A stretch of 64,000 nt of DNA, from contig OX597815.1 of NCBI GenBank assembly GCA_951406725.2, positions 35,774,001 through 35,838,000 of the forward strand. The letters are read 5' to 3'. A program made the translations under genes and the position numbers. Every line of letters starts with the position of its first letter. The first letter of the stretch is position 1. The stretch is from Octopus vulgaris. Lineage: Eukaryota. A model generated the notes under the pieces. The model worked only from the letters and a program-made list of their open reading frames with translations, was not told the DNA's origin and did not search any database. This document shows, in pieces, positions 1 to 12,639 of this stretch.

Positions 1-1106
1 ATGGCGTCGTTGTCACTGGCAAAATGGCGACCAGCCAGGGCTTTTTTCATTTCTGGAAATAGATGAAAGTCAGAGGGGGCCTAAGTCTGGCGAGTAAGGT
101 GGATGGGGAACAAGTTCGTATCCACAATCACGAATTGTTGCCATGGCAACCACTGAGGTGTAGGCTGGAACATTGGCGTGATGAAAAAGGACTCCTCAGG
201 TGAGCATTTCCGGCCTTTTTTCTTCGATTGCTTCTTGGAGGCATTTCAGTAGCTGAGAATAATACAGTCCTGTCACGGTGTGACCCTTTTCAAGGTAATC
301 GATCAGCATGACACCTTGAGAATAAAAAAAAACTGGCGTCATGACCTTTCCAGCTGAAGAAATGACCCTGGCCTTCTTTGGGGTAGGAGAAGATGTGTGC
401 TTCCACTGCTTTGATTGTTCTTTGATTTCAGGCTGGTAATGATGAACCCAACTTTCATCCATAGTAATGAAACGAGCAAGAAAATTCTCTTCATCGCCTT
501 CAAACAGTTCCAGATTGCTCATGGACAAAGTGCATCTGGTGCGTTTTTGTTCAGGAGTAAAAAGGCGAGGGACTCACCTTGCAGAAACCTTTGAGAACCC
601 AAGTCCTTTTGTCATAATGTCTGCACTTTCAGTTGAGATGCCCAGTCTATCGGCTTACTGATGACATGATATTCAACAATCTTGCATTATCATACCAAGA
701 GCAAAGTCAATGTTGTCCTCGATGGTTGCAGTTTGAGGCCTCCCTGGTGTGGGATCACCTTCCACACTCTCCCTGCCACACTGGAATTAATTTACCCAGC
801 GTTTGACTGTTGCATATAAAGGAGCATTGTCTATTAAGGTTCTCACCATATCTTTATAGATTTCTGATGGAGTCATGCCTTTTAAATGAAGGCACTTTAT
901 GACAGCACGATACTCAGTTTTCTCCATTTTCCTTGTAACCTCGACACTTGTTTATTCAAAAATCTGCAACAAAAAAAATTTTAAATATCAGAATCATGAA
1001 AATGAGCAAAAATACTCCGAAAAGACTGTAATTACCAGAAAAAGTTGTTTCAGCTACCTACCAGCCCCGTTTCTAGGTTAGGCTAAAAACTTTTATACAC
1101 CCCTCG
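1..1106 (-). mobile_element. Degenerate mariner (Tc1/mariner, DD34D) DNA transposon, truncated by the left window edge
   Basis: Minus-strand TIR CGAGGGGTGTATAAAAG begins at 1106. Transposase starts at 927 (MEKTEYRAVIKCLHLKGM...). ORF 196-528 has ITMDESWVHHY...KKA...SAGKVM; 1-195 encodes LFHH...HPPYSPDL..SDFHLF. Stops and frameshifts are present. Confidence 0.93.
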
Positions 1107-1530
<424 letters not shown>

Positions 1531-2255
1531 TACACTTGCGCATACATATTTATTAAGGTTATTGACCTTACGGTTAACCTCCTGTTTATACGTTTTATCG
1601 TGTTATTTTCAGAAGTTACAGTTGTTTACATCAGCCATTTTCATCTTATTAATGCAGAAATATTTTAAAAGAAAAAAAAAACCATAGTAACGTTAAAAAA
1701 TATCTGATGAATATTTTATTTTTAATCAATAGAACCACGGAATTTAAAAGGAGAACTTTTAAAATACCAAGCACGGAATATAATTAATATCTATTTTGGA
1801 TGAACGAAAGTATTAAAGAAAAAAAATCGTTAAAGGTTTAAATTTAACCATGGAATGAGGCAAATTTTGAGTTATATACGTTATACAACTAACCCTGATC
1901 TGCTTGCAAATAATTGAAGGATATTGAGCTTCTGATATCCTGGAACAATATACAAAGGTAAAAATACTCTTACTGGATTGAATAAAGAGCATAGACTCTT
2001 GTCAAGAGTAGATGTTTAAAAATACAAAGAGGATCATTTACAAAGCTGGATTTTTTATTTTTTTATTTTATGACTATACACTTCGAAGTAATGTTCATCG
2101 CCACTTCAGCGTGGCTGTTCCGCAGGAACCGACGTTACTACTGTTTTTAATCCCAGGAGGACGTCTCTTCGAGCTCGTTATCGATGCACTCTGCATCCGA
2201 TGTATATTGATAGCAGAATAGCGAACTCCTACCATCTTCTAACGACTACGGGACA

Positions 2256-2300
2256 ACCAGACAGTCTGGTTTCGAGCTATTTGAGCTCATCCTCAGTAGT
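2256..2300 (-). ncRNA. Minimal type I hammerhead ribozyme motif
   Basis: Minus strand reads ACTA-CTGAGGA-T-GAGCT-CAAAT-AGCTC-GAAAC-CAGACT-GTC-TGGT. Core boxes are intact, with a 5-bp stem II, GUC cleavage triplet and 4-bp stem I (one G-U). Confidence 0.65.
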
Positions 2301-2610
2301 GGACACCCATCTGCTTGAGATAGCAGTAGTACGCTCCAGCTCGCAATATATAGAAAAATAAGAGACGGACAGTCAATGATCTTGCAACAAGTAAAGTAGC
2401 TAGTCAGAAAATTTCTATAAGAGATGAAAGTAGTAACTATAGTAACTATACTGAGAAGTAATGTTCATCGCCACTTCAATGTGGCTATTCCGTAGGAACC
2501 AACGTTACTACCGTTTTTAGCTCCAGGAGACGCCTCCTCCAGCTGGTCATCGATGGTGGTCCCGTCGTCGCTAGAAGATGATAGGCTTTCACTTTTGGAG
2601 GAGACGTCTT

Positions 2611-3358
2611 TGTAACGGTAGAAATTTATTTGTAAACAATATTATGATTTACAAAATTTATTTGTAAACAATATTATGATGTATCGGAGTCAGCAGACGC
2701 AACGATAAAAAGTTGTTGCTATAATTGCATGTTGTAAGATGTGTAAGATGAGCAATGCATAAAGTTTTAAGAAAGTATTTATTTACCGTTACAATACCTT
2801 GCCTCGACGGGGCAGGTTTTGATACATCCAAAAGCATGCGAAGTAAAGTTTGTGTTTGGGTTCTCTTCATTGTTTAGTAGTAATTGCTGAGACAGATAGA
2901 ATGATGTTGTAAGAAAACAGAATTAGAGCTAGAGAGAATTGTAGGGTGTTGTCTCATAGATGCTTTCTCCCTCTGACCAAAGTTCTAGCTGGTCAGCCAG
3001 ACTTCGTTGAGTCGTCACCGACAGTGACTAACTCCGTTGAGTCGTCACGACTGTGACGAACTGATTTTTGCTTGGGATGTGCTTGCTTATATAAACATCC
3101 AGAAGGATAGATATATCATTGAGAACAATAGATTTAGTTGATGGTCTTGTTATCTTTATTCTAGCTTTTGGTAAAGTAGAAGGGGTTAGAAAGGGTCAAG
3201 TAATGAAGACATTATTTCGGCCTAGCTAAAGGCATCTGGAAAATGTAAAACTGCTGTCAGAGAAAAACCATTGTTCCACCATGGGAACAGTCTTGTTGCA
3301 GCGTCAATTTAAATTTGGCTATAGTGGATCGAATCCACTTCATGCAAGATTCACTACA
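2611..3358 (-). mobile_element. Solo LTR (748 bp, Gypsy-like)
   Basis: TGTAACG...CACTACA termini with a 4-bp TSD TCTT (2607-2610, 3359-3362). It cleanly interrupts the inverted repeat copy. TATA-like motif at ~3087 and AATAAA on the minus strand at ~2780. Confidence 0.75.
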
Positions 3359-3627
3359 TCTTCCTGGGGGTTAAAAACGGTAGTAATGTCGGTTCCGACG
3401 GAACGGCCATGTTGAAGTGGCGACAAACATTACTACTTCCATGTCATAGAGATTTTCTAATTAGCTGCTTTGCTTAATATATACTTCATTTTCTTTTAAT
3501 TCATGCGCAGAAAATATATAACTTCAGAATGAAATAGTATACATGCAAAGTAATCTTCCTGGCAAAGATTAAAGGAAGCAGACGGGGGTTATACTTTTTG
3601 AAGCCAGTGTCTGTTGATTCTTTTCAG

Positions 3628-4484
3628 GAAAGAACATTTTCCAGGTGGACATTAGGAAATGGTTTGGACTTTGTTGTAGAGGATGGCTAGCTGCAGTATT
3701 TTTAGTGGCTATGGAAGTTCAGTTAATAGTGGTATGTAGGATTTTGCTTTGAATGACAAAAGTGCCGTTCAAGAATTTGAAATCCAAAACTACACGCTAG
3801 AATGCTTCATTGCAGCTAATGTACCTTCCCAACAGGAATTGAGTCACTATATACCCTCTGTGTTTAGCCCCCTGAGGGCAATAAAGAAATATATATCGTG
3901 TATGTTTGCTTTTGCTTGGACTGAGTAACACAATTCAATGTTAATGTGTGCAAAAAACGGGTAATATACCACGAACCATCATCGTCAATCAAATCATTTC
4001 TATCTTAGCGACAAATCTTTGGGTCTATTCTTCTATGAAGTGGATATACACCAGTTTTAATTTCTTTTATCAATTTTAGGGGATACTTTTAACGCATTTA
4101 TTGTTTTACATGCGAGTAAATTTCAGATTAAGGAGCCTTCATTACCCTAGTACCACCGATCTTTTGATGTATCAAAAAGAGTTTGGTCGGTAATATTGAT
4201 TCGGTAATATTGATTTTGACAGCACTGAACTTTGTCTTCTTAAGCTAAATGAAAATAATGGAAAGAAGGCCACTTTTCTGCCATTCTATAGTGTACATAA
4301 CACACCTTGTAGTACTAAAGATGTTATATTTTGTTTAAAGGTGCTACATTTTGATGAGCGTTTGTCAAAAGAATCTCTGACTAACAAATTTTGTCGGTTC
4401 TTAATAGATTCATGAGCCGAGATATTCACTCCCCTATTTCCGAATAGAATTGCAGATGAAAATGAAGATGTGATCTGTCCTTCC
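3628..4484 (+). other. Two candidate spliced exons (3628-3731, 4341-4484) of an unknown transcript (lncRNA, pseudogene or gene end)
   Basis: ttcttttcag|...tg|gtatgt and ttgtttaaag|...cc|gtaagt in non-repetitive sequence. The joined frame is open until TGA at 4413. No recognisable homology. Confidence 0.25.
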
Positions 4485-5114
4485 GTAAGTTCTGACATAG
4501 ATCATGACCTGCTCAGAAAATTCAAGCATGTATCTTGTACTTCCTGAGAAATTGACTGGAAGAAAATACAGATGACTAGATCAGTTGGCTCCATCTCTGT
4601 TGATAAATATCTCTTAGATAAAAATACGAGTCCACATGCAATCTTTTTTCGGCGTTTTAGTGTTTAATAACATTTCAGTCTCAACTTTAGTATAAATATC
4701 GACACCATACTTATGGAATAAATTGTAACAATCTTTGCAAGTGTCTGCAGTAGTCATAACGAGGCATGAAGTAAAAATCTATACACGACACAGTTTTTGT
4801 TCTCAGAGTATGGGAAATTTCAATGTGATATCCGTCTTCTCTATGTATACAGATAAGCGACCTGATAAGTGTCACTGATCATGTATCTTTTTGACGTTGA
4901 TAACCCGAAACTTTTTCAATGAATCTAATCACTCACAGTTAAGCAACCTTATTGCAGTTTGCTTCATTGAATCAATGACGGAGCTGCCCTTGGGTTTACT
5001 TCTCTATATCAATGACTAATTTGAAGTCCGTAGCAAGAACAATTTCAACTCCATATTGAAAACATTTCATATAATTGTTTGTACTAGGGGTCATCTTCTC
5101 GAGGTACAGGATAA

Positions 5115-5578
5115 TATTGTAGGGATTCGAACCCCAACTCCAAGATATTCAGTTAGGGATCGCAAGTGAGCGACCGCAGTTTCATGTGATTGATCTATAA
5201 ATCTGCCAATCGGCGTGAAGCTGTGGTGTGACATGGCTCCTTCGATTATCTAAAACTCGCCCCCTTTTCACCCTATGAAAACCGTTTTGGCACCTAACTC
5301 AGCCGGACGGCTTCGGCAAACCACTAAGGCCAGACGGTCTCGAACATTCGAACAACCACCTCGAGCAAGAGACAACCTCGAACACATACACAATGTTCCA
5401 CAGCTAGCCTTCTATAAACACAGCGAGGTCCTCTCCACCTATTCAGTGGTTACATTATTGACATCTTTCTTTTGTAAACATCCAACGCACTAAAACATGT
5501 CCAACAATAAATATATAAAAGTTAAAAGTTCGTGAGTAGATTCATTTATTATGCATGTGGTCAGCTAACCCCACAACA
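5115..5578 (+). mobile_element. Possible small degenerate solo LTR
   Basis: Imperfect terminal inverted ends (tattgtagggatt / aaccccacaaca), TATA-like ctataaa at ~5412 and AATAAA at ~5506. No TSD is recognisable. Confidence 0.3.
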
Positions 5579-5697
5579 ACGGTAACAAAGCATCCACGTG
5601 ACTCTACGCATTCACAACAGTTTGTGTAACTGGGAGATGTTTAACAAAGATTTCGCTCTTGGAATAATAAACACATCTCAATATATAGATAATTTAA

Positions 5698-6460
5698 GGC
5701 GGCGAGCTGTCAGAATCGTTCGCACGTTGGGTAAAATGCTTAGCGGCATTTCGTCCGCTAAGGCGGAGAGCTGGCAGAAACGTTAGCACGTCGGGCGAAA
5801 TGCTTAGCGGTATTTCATCTGTCGTTACGTTGTGAGTTCAAATTCCGCCGAGGTCGACTTTACCTTTCATCCTTTCGGGGTCGATAAATTAAGTACCAGT
5901 TACGCACTGGGGTCGATGTAATCGACTTAATACCTATGTATGTCCTTGTTTGTCCCTTCTGTGTTTATCCCCTTGTGGGTAATAAAGAAATATGCATTTC
6001 GTCCGTTCTTATGTTTTAAGTTCAAATTCCACCGAGGTCCACTTTACCTTTCATCTCTTTCGGGGTCGACGAAGAAAGTACCAGTTGAGCACGGGTCGAT
6101 GTAATTAACTAAACTGTGGCTGTGTGGTAAGTAGCTTGCTTACGAACCACATGGTCCCGGGTTCAGTCCCAGTGCGTGACACCTTGGGCTAGTGTCTTCT
6201 ACTGTAGCCTCGGGCCGAGCAAAGCCTTGTGATTTGGTATACGGAAACTGAAAGAAGCCCATCGTGTGTATATATTGTTACGGAATCACCCGTCGTCGCC
6301 GCTCGCCCCTTCCCTCGAAATTGGTGGCCTTGTGTCAAAATTTGAAACCAACATATAGACAATTTTCCCACCGCGGTTGACTTTGCGTTTCATCCTTTCG
6401 GGGTCAATAGAATAAGTACCAGTGGAGCACTGAAATCCTTCACTGAAATCTGAAACCCGG
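5698..6460 (+). mobile_element. Cluster of tRNA-derived SINE family B copies (Meta-SINE-like central domain)
   Basis: ggcggcgagctggcagaa head, B-box-like gagttcaaattcc, central cgactttgcctttcatcctttcggggtcgataaattaagtaccag and aataaagaaata tail. One full copy (5762-5992) plus partial copies. Confidence 0.85.
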
Positions 6461-6496
6461 TGCCTAAGAGAGGATTATTATTTACATGTACATATA

Positions 6497-7832
6497 CAGG
6501 AGTGGCTGTGTGGTAAGTAGCTTGCTTACGAACCACATGGTCCCGGGTTCAGTCCCAGTGCGTGACACCTTGGGCTAGTGTCTTCTACTGTAGCCTCAGG
6601 CCGAGCAAAGCCTTGTGATTTGGTATACGGAAACTGAAAGAAGCCCATCGTGTGTATATATTGTTACGGAATCACCCGTCGTCGCCGCTCGCCCGAACGG
6701 GCAAGTTCGCCACGGAACCCAAAGAGGAGAGAGGAGAGACAGAGAGATACAACAACAACAGCAGCAGCAGCACGGAGAGATACAGAGGCAACCGAGAGAG
6801 AGGCAAAGAGGCAAAACGGCAACAACTGGCTTACATTTAACAACTAGTTTATATGACAATCAATTGTTACAACATCAAAGCATTTAAAGGAAACAACAAA
6901 TCAATACAGGTATACAACAGATCAAAGCATTTAAACATGCAAGTAACAATATAACAGTCCGGTAACGACACAACAAGTCATATACAGCATTTCAAAGGTA
7001 CACGTCCGAAGACACAGTTCTTTTTCAAATCACATCAACAGATAACGTTCACAGTTCTTTAAAGTCTTTTTCTACTTTCTTTTGCAATATGTATCAACAC
7101 AATTCTGAACATAAATACCACAACTTGATAATCGACACCTCAACAAGTCCTTTACTGTTCTTTTCACTGTTCAATACACCAATTCTTTTTCCTTCTTTTT
7201 CTTCACATATCAACACACAATTCACGTACCTTAATTCCTAATTAGAATTGCCAGTGTCCCATATTGCACCTCATCTCTCTCTCAATACTACTAACTCCAG
7301 CTTGCCAAGCTCCTGAATCCAACCGCTTGCTCCCAAGGTTCTAACTACTCCCTTTGACGACCAAAATCCGACTATCCTCTTTGACGACCGAATACCAACT
7401 GTCCCTCTATCACTACCCTAATCTCTCTACTGCTTATACCCTCTCTATCTGCTCTCAGCCCTAACTGCCTATCTCTATCCTCAATCTGTCTCTTAGCCTT
7501 ATACTCTCTCTCTTAGCTCTGCCATACTCTCTGCCTGTCCCCCTCTGCCCCTCATCCTCTCTCACTGCCAATATCCTCGCTATCTGCTCTCAGATTCCTT
7601 ACTCTATCTTTCTCACTTCTTTCCTCTTCCTCTTCTTCAAGGGGTGTTTAGAACGACCTCTAATTCACCCGAAAGGGGTCGCAGATTTACTCAGAACCGA
7701 TCAATCCACCTGAATCTGACAGGACAATGGGTTTATCCCAAAAGTAGGTCACTGCCAACTGTCCTTAGACTGAACCATTCATAGCAATATGTATATAATT
7801 TATTTATTTATATGTGTGTGTGTGTGTGTGTG

Positions 7833-7880
<48 letters not shown>

Positions 7881-8110
7881 ATTATGTATGTATGTGTGTA
7901 TGTTTTTTTGTGTGTCTATATTTGTTCTTCCTAACATCGCTTGACAATCGATGCTGTTGTCCTCGTTACTTAGCGGTTCGGCAAAAGTGACCGATAGAAT
8001 AAGTACTAGGCTTACAAAGAATAAGTCCTGGAGTTGATTAGCTCGATTAAAAGCGGTGCTCCAGCATGGCCACAGTCAAATGACTGAAACAAGTAAAAGA
8101 ATAAAAGAAT
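6497..8110 (+). mobile_element. tRNA-derived SINE family A (CORE-like), split by a solo LTR
   Basis: A box gtggctgtgtgg, B box ggttcagtccc and CORE-like ccttgggc(a)agtgtctt. The 3' half (7900-8110) ends in gactgaaacaagtaaaaga. Confidence 0.88.
6662..7786 (-). mobile_element. Solo LTR (1125 bp, Gypsy-like) inserted in the internal TA tract of a SINE
   Basis: TGTTACG...CATAGCA termini and a 4-bp TSD ATAT (6658-6661, 7787-7790). A related copy lies in opposite orientation at ~48770-49809. Confidence 0.8.
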
Positions 8111-8232
8111 GCATATACGCACATGCACATTATATATTTATATACGTGTACGTGTATATACGTGTGTATGAGTGTGTATATACATATAGAGAGAGAACGG
8201 GAGAGAGAGACAGACAGAGATCACAAAAATAT

Positions 8233-8600
8233 ACAGATATACCTCAACTTACGTCATTTCGAGTTACATCTTTTTCGACCTTACGTGGTGGGGTTAGCCT
8301 TCCTTTTTTTTTTTTTTTTGAGAAATTAATGGAAATATGAACCTCAACATCAGTCGATTTATCTCACTTTACATCGATTTCAACGAACATCTTTAAAAGC
8401 ATAAAAATTATTTACAAAATGCCATAAAACTACTTTTGAAGTGGAAAAAAAATCAAAGAAAATACAAATGAACATGTGTGCAAAGAAGTTATTAAAACAG
8501 CAAAAGCAAATAAAAGTTTTTTTTTTAAAATTCTTCGTATTACGTCGTTTTTCGAGTTAAGTCGCATGTCTTGGGACCAATTACCCATTACTGAGGTGCA
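8233..8600. mobile_element. Possible Tigger/pogo-like MITE
   Basis: Starts ta|cagatatacctcaacttacg with subterminal ttacgtc..ttcgagtta repeats at both ends. The right TIR is degenerate. Confidence 0.4.
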
Positions 8601-8740
8601 TGTATGTATGTATGTATGTATGTATGTATGTATGTATGCATGTATGTATGTATGTATGTATGTATGTATGTATGTATGTGTGAATGTGTGAATGTGTGTG
8701 TGTGTATGTGTGTATGTATGTATGTATGTATGTATGTATG

Positions 8741-8769
<29 letters not shown>

Positions 8770-8771
<2 letters not shown>

Positions 8772-9210
8772 GGAGGGTGTTTATTGGACACCTTGCGGGA
8801 TGAAAAACAAAACCCGTCAAAGGGCGGAGAAACTCTTGAGAGTCAACGGCCATCCATCTTAAGGCTGTATCATGCGCGGGGACATAGAAATAATCGGACT
8901 GAATACCCGATCACGCGGTTAAACCATTGGGAGTGAAGGACTCCCAGACTTTGTTTGGGCATCCGTCTAGGAGAAGGTAACTCAGGTAACTGGGATAACT
9001 CCGAGATAAAACCTGCGGCTCAATGGTTACCGATGATGTTGACTTGTTCTTCTTTTCGGATTATGGCTGCTGTTGCTTAGTGGTGGGATTGACTCAGTGC
9101 ACAGCCCTTCCTCACTTTAAAAAAAATCTTCTTGCACAGGTATTGCACGATAACAACATTGATTAAGCATCGTGCAATGGTCATACTCGATAACGAGGGG
9201 GCAGCCACCA
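8770..9210 (+). mobile_element. Bipartite non-autonomous RTE derivative (RTE 5'UTR motif plus RTE-type 3' tail)
   Basis: gggcatccgtctaggagaaggtaactc resembles the conserved RTE 5'UTR motif. The end tactcgataacgagggggcagcc resembles RTE 3' termini. No ORF. Confidence 0.4.
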
Positions 9211-9452
9211 TGTAAGTATGTATGTGTGTATCTATTCATATGTGCATGTGTATGTATGTACGTACACACATACACACACGCACACACGTACACACACCGT
9301 ATTAAGATGCGTTTTTTTTAAATATATTTTTAAATGTGTCAGAAAATTGCCCTAATGTAGCTGTATTATGGATCGGTGACTGAGCTCAGTTTAGGATACC
9401 GGATGAGGAAAATCCTACTTGTCACAATAATGTGTTACTTATAATAAAACTG

Positions 9453-9705
9453 TGGAGGCGCGTGGCTTAGTGGTTAGTGCGTCAGCATCATGATCGTAAG
9501 ATTGTGGTTTCGATTCCTGGACCGGGCGACGCGTTGTATTCTTGAGCAAAACACTTCATTTCACGTTGCTCCAGTCCACTCAGCTGGCAAACATGAGTAA
9601 CGCTTCGATGGGACTGGCGTCCCGCCCACCTGGGGAACACATACGCCATTGAAACCGGGAAACCGGACCCATGAGCCTGGCTAGGCTTTAAAAGGGCGCT
9701 TTTAT
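9453..9705 (+). mobile_element. tRNA-derived SINE family D (CORE/V-SINE-like)
   Basis: Head ggaggcgcgtggcttagtggttag...gtttcgattcc, then cttgagcaaaacacttc..ccagtccactcagctg and gatgggactggcgtcccg. Confidence 0.75.
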
Positions 9706-9712
9706 TATTTTA

Positions 9713-10105
9713 ATAGCAGTATCGCCCGGCGTTGCTCGGGTTTGTTTCTACCTTTTAGAATTGGAATTTTTGAAAAGTAAAAATTTTGCATTATGTAGCT
9801 AGTTATTCTCTTTAAGTGAACATTTTTCTGGTTGAAATACACCGAAAAATGGCGACACAGCAGTCAAAAATTCGTAAAAAAATAAGGATTTTCATAGAAA
9901 AAAGGCACCTTTTTGATGTAAATAATTTTTGGTGTTAAGATGGTCCGATTTGAATTTTATCTTCTACAGAATGAAGAGCAAGCCTTCTTCTATCATACTC
10001 TCAATTTTGGTCAACTTGTGCCCCAGGATCTCGTAGGAGATAGTGTTAGTTGAAGGCTACCAAACCTGCCATACACAGACAACTTCAGCTTTATATAGAG
10101 AGAGA
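9713..10105 (-). mobile_element. Non-autonomous Helitron-like element (family E)
   Basis: 5' TCTCTCTATATAAA and 3' hairpin cccgagcaacgccggg followed by CTA(G/T). Reverse complement of 11156-11548. Confidence 0.7.
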
Positions 10106-10120
10106 TTTATTATAATAAAA

Positions 10121-10515
10121 CTAGCTGACCCCGTGCCGTCAAAAATGACGGGTAATTGTAGTATTTTATATATAAATACAGATGGTGAATCAAATTAATA
10201 CACCTGTCAATGTTATCTTGTGGCTGTCTTTTGAGATGTGACATCGATCGTCGTTTGTTACTGAAAGAAAGCTGGTTCACACATGTATTCACATACTTCC
10301 CTTCAACATGCACGCACATATAGTCACACAGTTGAAACGCTGTTTGACTTTTCTTTTCAGCGTTGAACGTTCACCATCCTACTTCCATTACACACACACA
10401 CAAACGTTCACATACTTCCCTTATACACGTACACATATACACACATATACTCACACAGGGCTGAAACGCTGTTTTCCTTTTCGGCGCGTTGAATGTTCAC
10501 CATCCCACTTCCATT

Positions 10516-10557
<42 letters not shown>

Positions 10558-10722
10558 TCACATATCTCCCTTTTGCATACACACACACATATACTCACAC
10601 AGAGTCGAAACGCTCCCACTACCATTTTGCCATCATCCCTTCCTTATTCATCCATCACCCACCCCTTCCTTTCTCATACATATGTTGTGATGGAGAAAAA
10701 CACGAGAGTATAATATAGTAGA
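10121..10722 (-). mobile_element. Non-autonomous Helitron-like element (family F)
   Basis: Minus strand starts TCTACTATATTATA and ends with hairpin cccgtcatttttgacgg...ggtcagCTAG, in an A|T context. Second copy at 52604-53559. Confidence 0.7.
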
Positions 10723-11155
10723 TATGGAAAACGAGTCAAATTGTCACGTGCTCTAAACACAAACTTACGAAAAATATTGCTTACGGTACATCTGCACTTA
10801 GGTGAGAGCCGCTCCATCTATTTATACCTCTTTCCTCACAGATATAAATCTTACACTTTCTTAATGACTTTCTCACCTTTAAAAACATTTTTTTTTAATT
10901 GTTTAGTCTAAATGAAAACTTCTTTCTGGAAAGACGAAAGGCAAGCTAAATTTCCATCCATCTGTCAGATATCTGCACGACAACAAAACCATAGTTATAG
11001 TGCACCTCCTTTTTGACCGATTACGGTTCAACAAACATGAGCATTCGAGAAATACATTTTAAAGATTTTGTATGGCGGAAAAGATCTTGTATGGCAATTC
11101 TCTTGACCAACATATAAACAACGATACAGTTGATCTGAAAGAAGATAAACATTTA

Positions 11156-11548
11156 TCTCTCTATATATAAAACTGAAGTTGTCTGTGTATGGCAGGTTTG
11201 GTAGCCTTCAACTAACACTATCTCCTCCGAGATCCTGCGGAACAAGTTGTACAAAATTGAGTGTATGATAGAAGAAGGCTTGCTCTTCCTTCCGTATAAG
11301 AAAAAATTCAAATCGGACCATCTTAACACCAAAAATTATTTACATCAAAAAGGTGCTTTTTTTCTATGAAAATCCCTATTTTTTTGCGATTTTTTTACTA
11401 CTGTGTCGCCATTTTTCGGTGTATTTCAACCAGAAAAATGTTCACTTAAAGAGAATAACAAGGTACATAATGCAAAATTTTTACTTTTCAAAAATTCCAA
11501 TTCTAAAGGGTCGAAACAAATCCGAGCAACGCTGGGCGATACTGCTAG
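11156..11548 (+). mobile_element. Non-autonomous Helitron-like element (family E), inverted relative to 9713-10105
   Basis: TCTCTCTATATATAAAACTG start and ccgagcaacgctgggcgatactgCTAG|T end. Confidence 0.75.
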
Positions 11549-11775
11549 TATATGATAAATTATATGTAACGTGGAATAAAATATGAAACCAATTAAAATA
11601 TTTCATATTTTATCCCATTATATTGTCACAAAACTGTTTACACAGAATCATAAGTTTTCCTTATAAAACCACCTTAAAATATCTTTCAATAAATGTACGA
11701 TGAAAACGTACTAATTTTATGTTTTCATAAAATATTCACGTAAAATAGGAGTGCGTCTTCTACGCCAGCTAATAA

Positions 11776-11783
11776 GGTGTGTG

Positions 11784-11879
<96 letters not shown>

Positions 11880-11886
11880 TGTGTGT
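11776..11886. repeat. (GCGT)n microsatellite
   Basis: Directly visible alternating purine-pyrimidine tract. Confidence 0.95.
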
Positions 11887-12639
11887 AAGTGAGGCCCATC
11901 GCCAGATTTCGGTGACTGGAGGTGCTTCGGAATATTCTGGGTGAGCACTAATTTGTAATAATGCTAAAGTGAAAGTGCCACATCATAGCACAGTTGTGCT
12001 ATGGTATACTCCATCCAATCAGGGCTGGACGGGTAGGAATACAAAAGGCAGTTCTCTGTCCAAGGAGAGAAGCGGGAGGATTTGCAGTTGGCAAAAAGAC
12101 GGCACAGTAACAACATTTCTTCTTTCAACATGAAACAGCTTTTGGTTTTTCACCACCAACTTTGTGGAGTTATTTCAGCTCTCAATTTGTCACCTCCTGA
12201 ACAGCCTTGTTCATTTATGCTAACTTCGCACCTCAAAAGTCTGGATGATATCAGCCAGAAATCTGCCTCATAAGGAACTGTATATTTTCATTCCTATTAG
12301 CTTACAACGATTTCGAACAAAATCATTTTGTTCAAAAAGTAAGTTATAATGCTTTACCTGACTCACACACACACACAGTCTACCACACATCTTGCTACTT
12401 GTCAGCTCCCATTCCTATTTTAATAAAATTATAATGTTTTGTTTAAAAACTGTCCTCTGATATTCATTTAAACATGCTTCACAAAAAAAGCACATTTAAT
12501 GGACTTTTTCACGAACACTTTCATACTTTAAATTAGTGACAACTCACACTACAGACTCTTACAACTGACATGGCATGAAGAATCCAGGCATTTGAGTGCG
12601 AGTGTTTCAGAAGACTGCTACATATCCCATACTCAGAAT

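Larger units (their letters stand above)
2085..3440 (-). mobile_element. Non-autonomous Penelope-pLTR/retrozyme-like repeat: ~370-bp unit, partial tandem copy and partial inverted copy
   Basis: gaagtaatgttcatcgccacttc... occurs at 2085 and 2455. An inverted copy spans 2560-2610 plus 3363-3440, split by a solo LTR. A hammerhead motif lies at 2256-2300. Confidence 0.6.

Noticed and set aside
4286-4498. Minus-strand 70-aa ORF MSELTEGQ..., possibly spliced to ~3710
   Set aside because: Weak splice signals and no homology; plus-strand splice signals over the same sequence are stronger.
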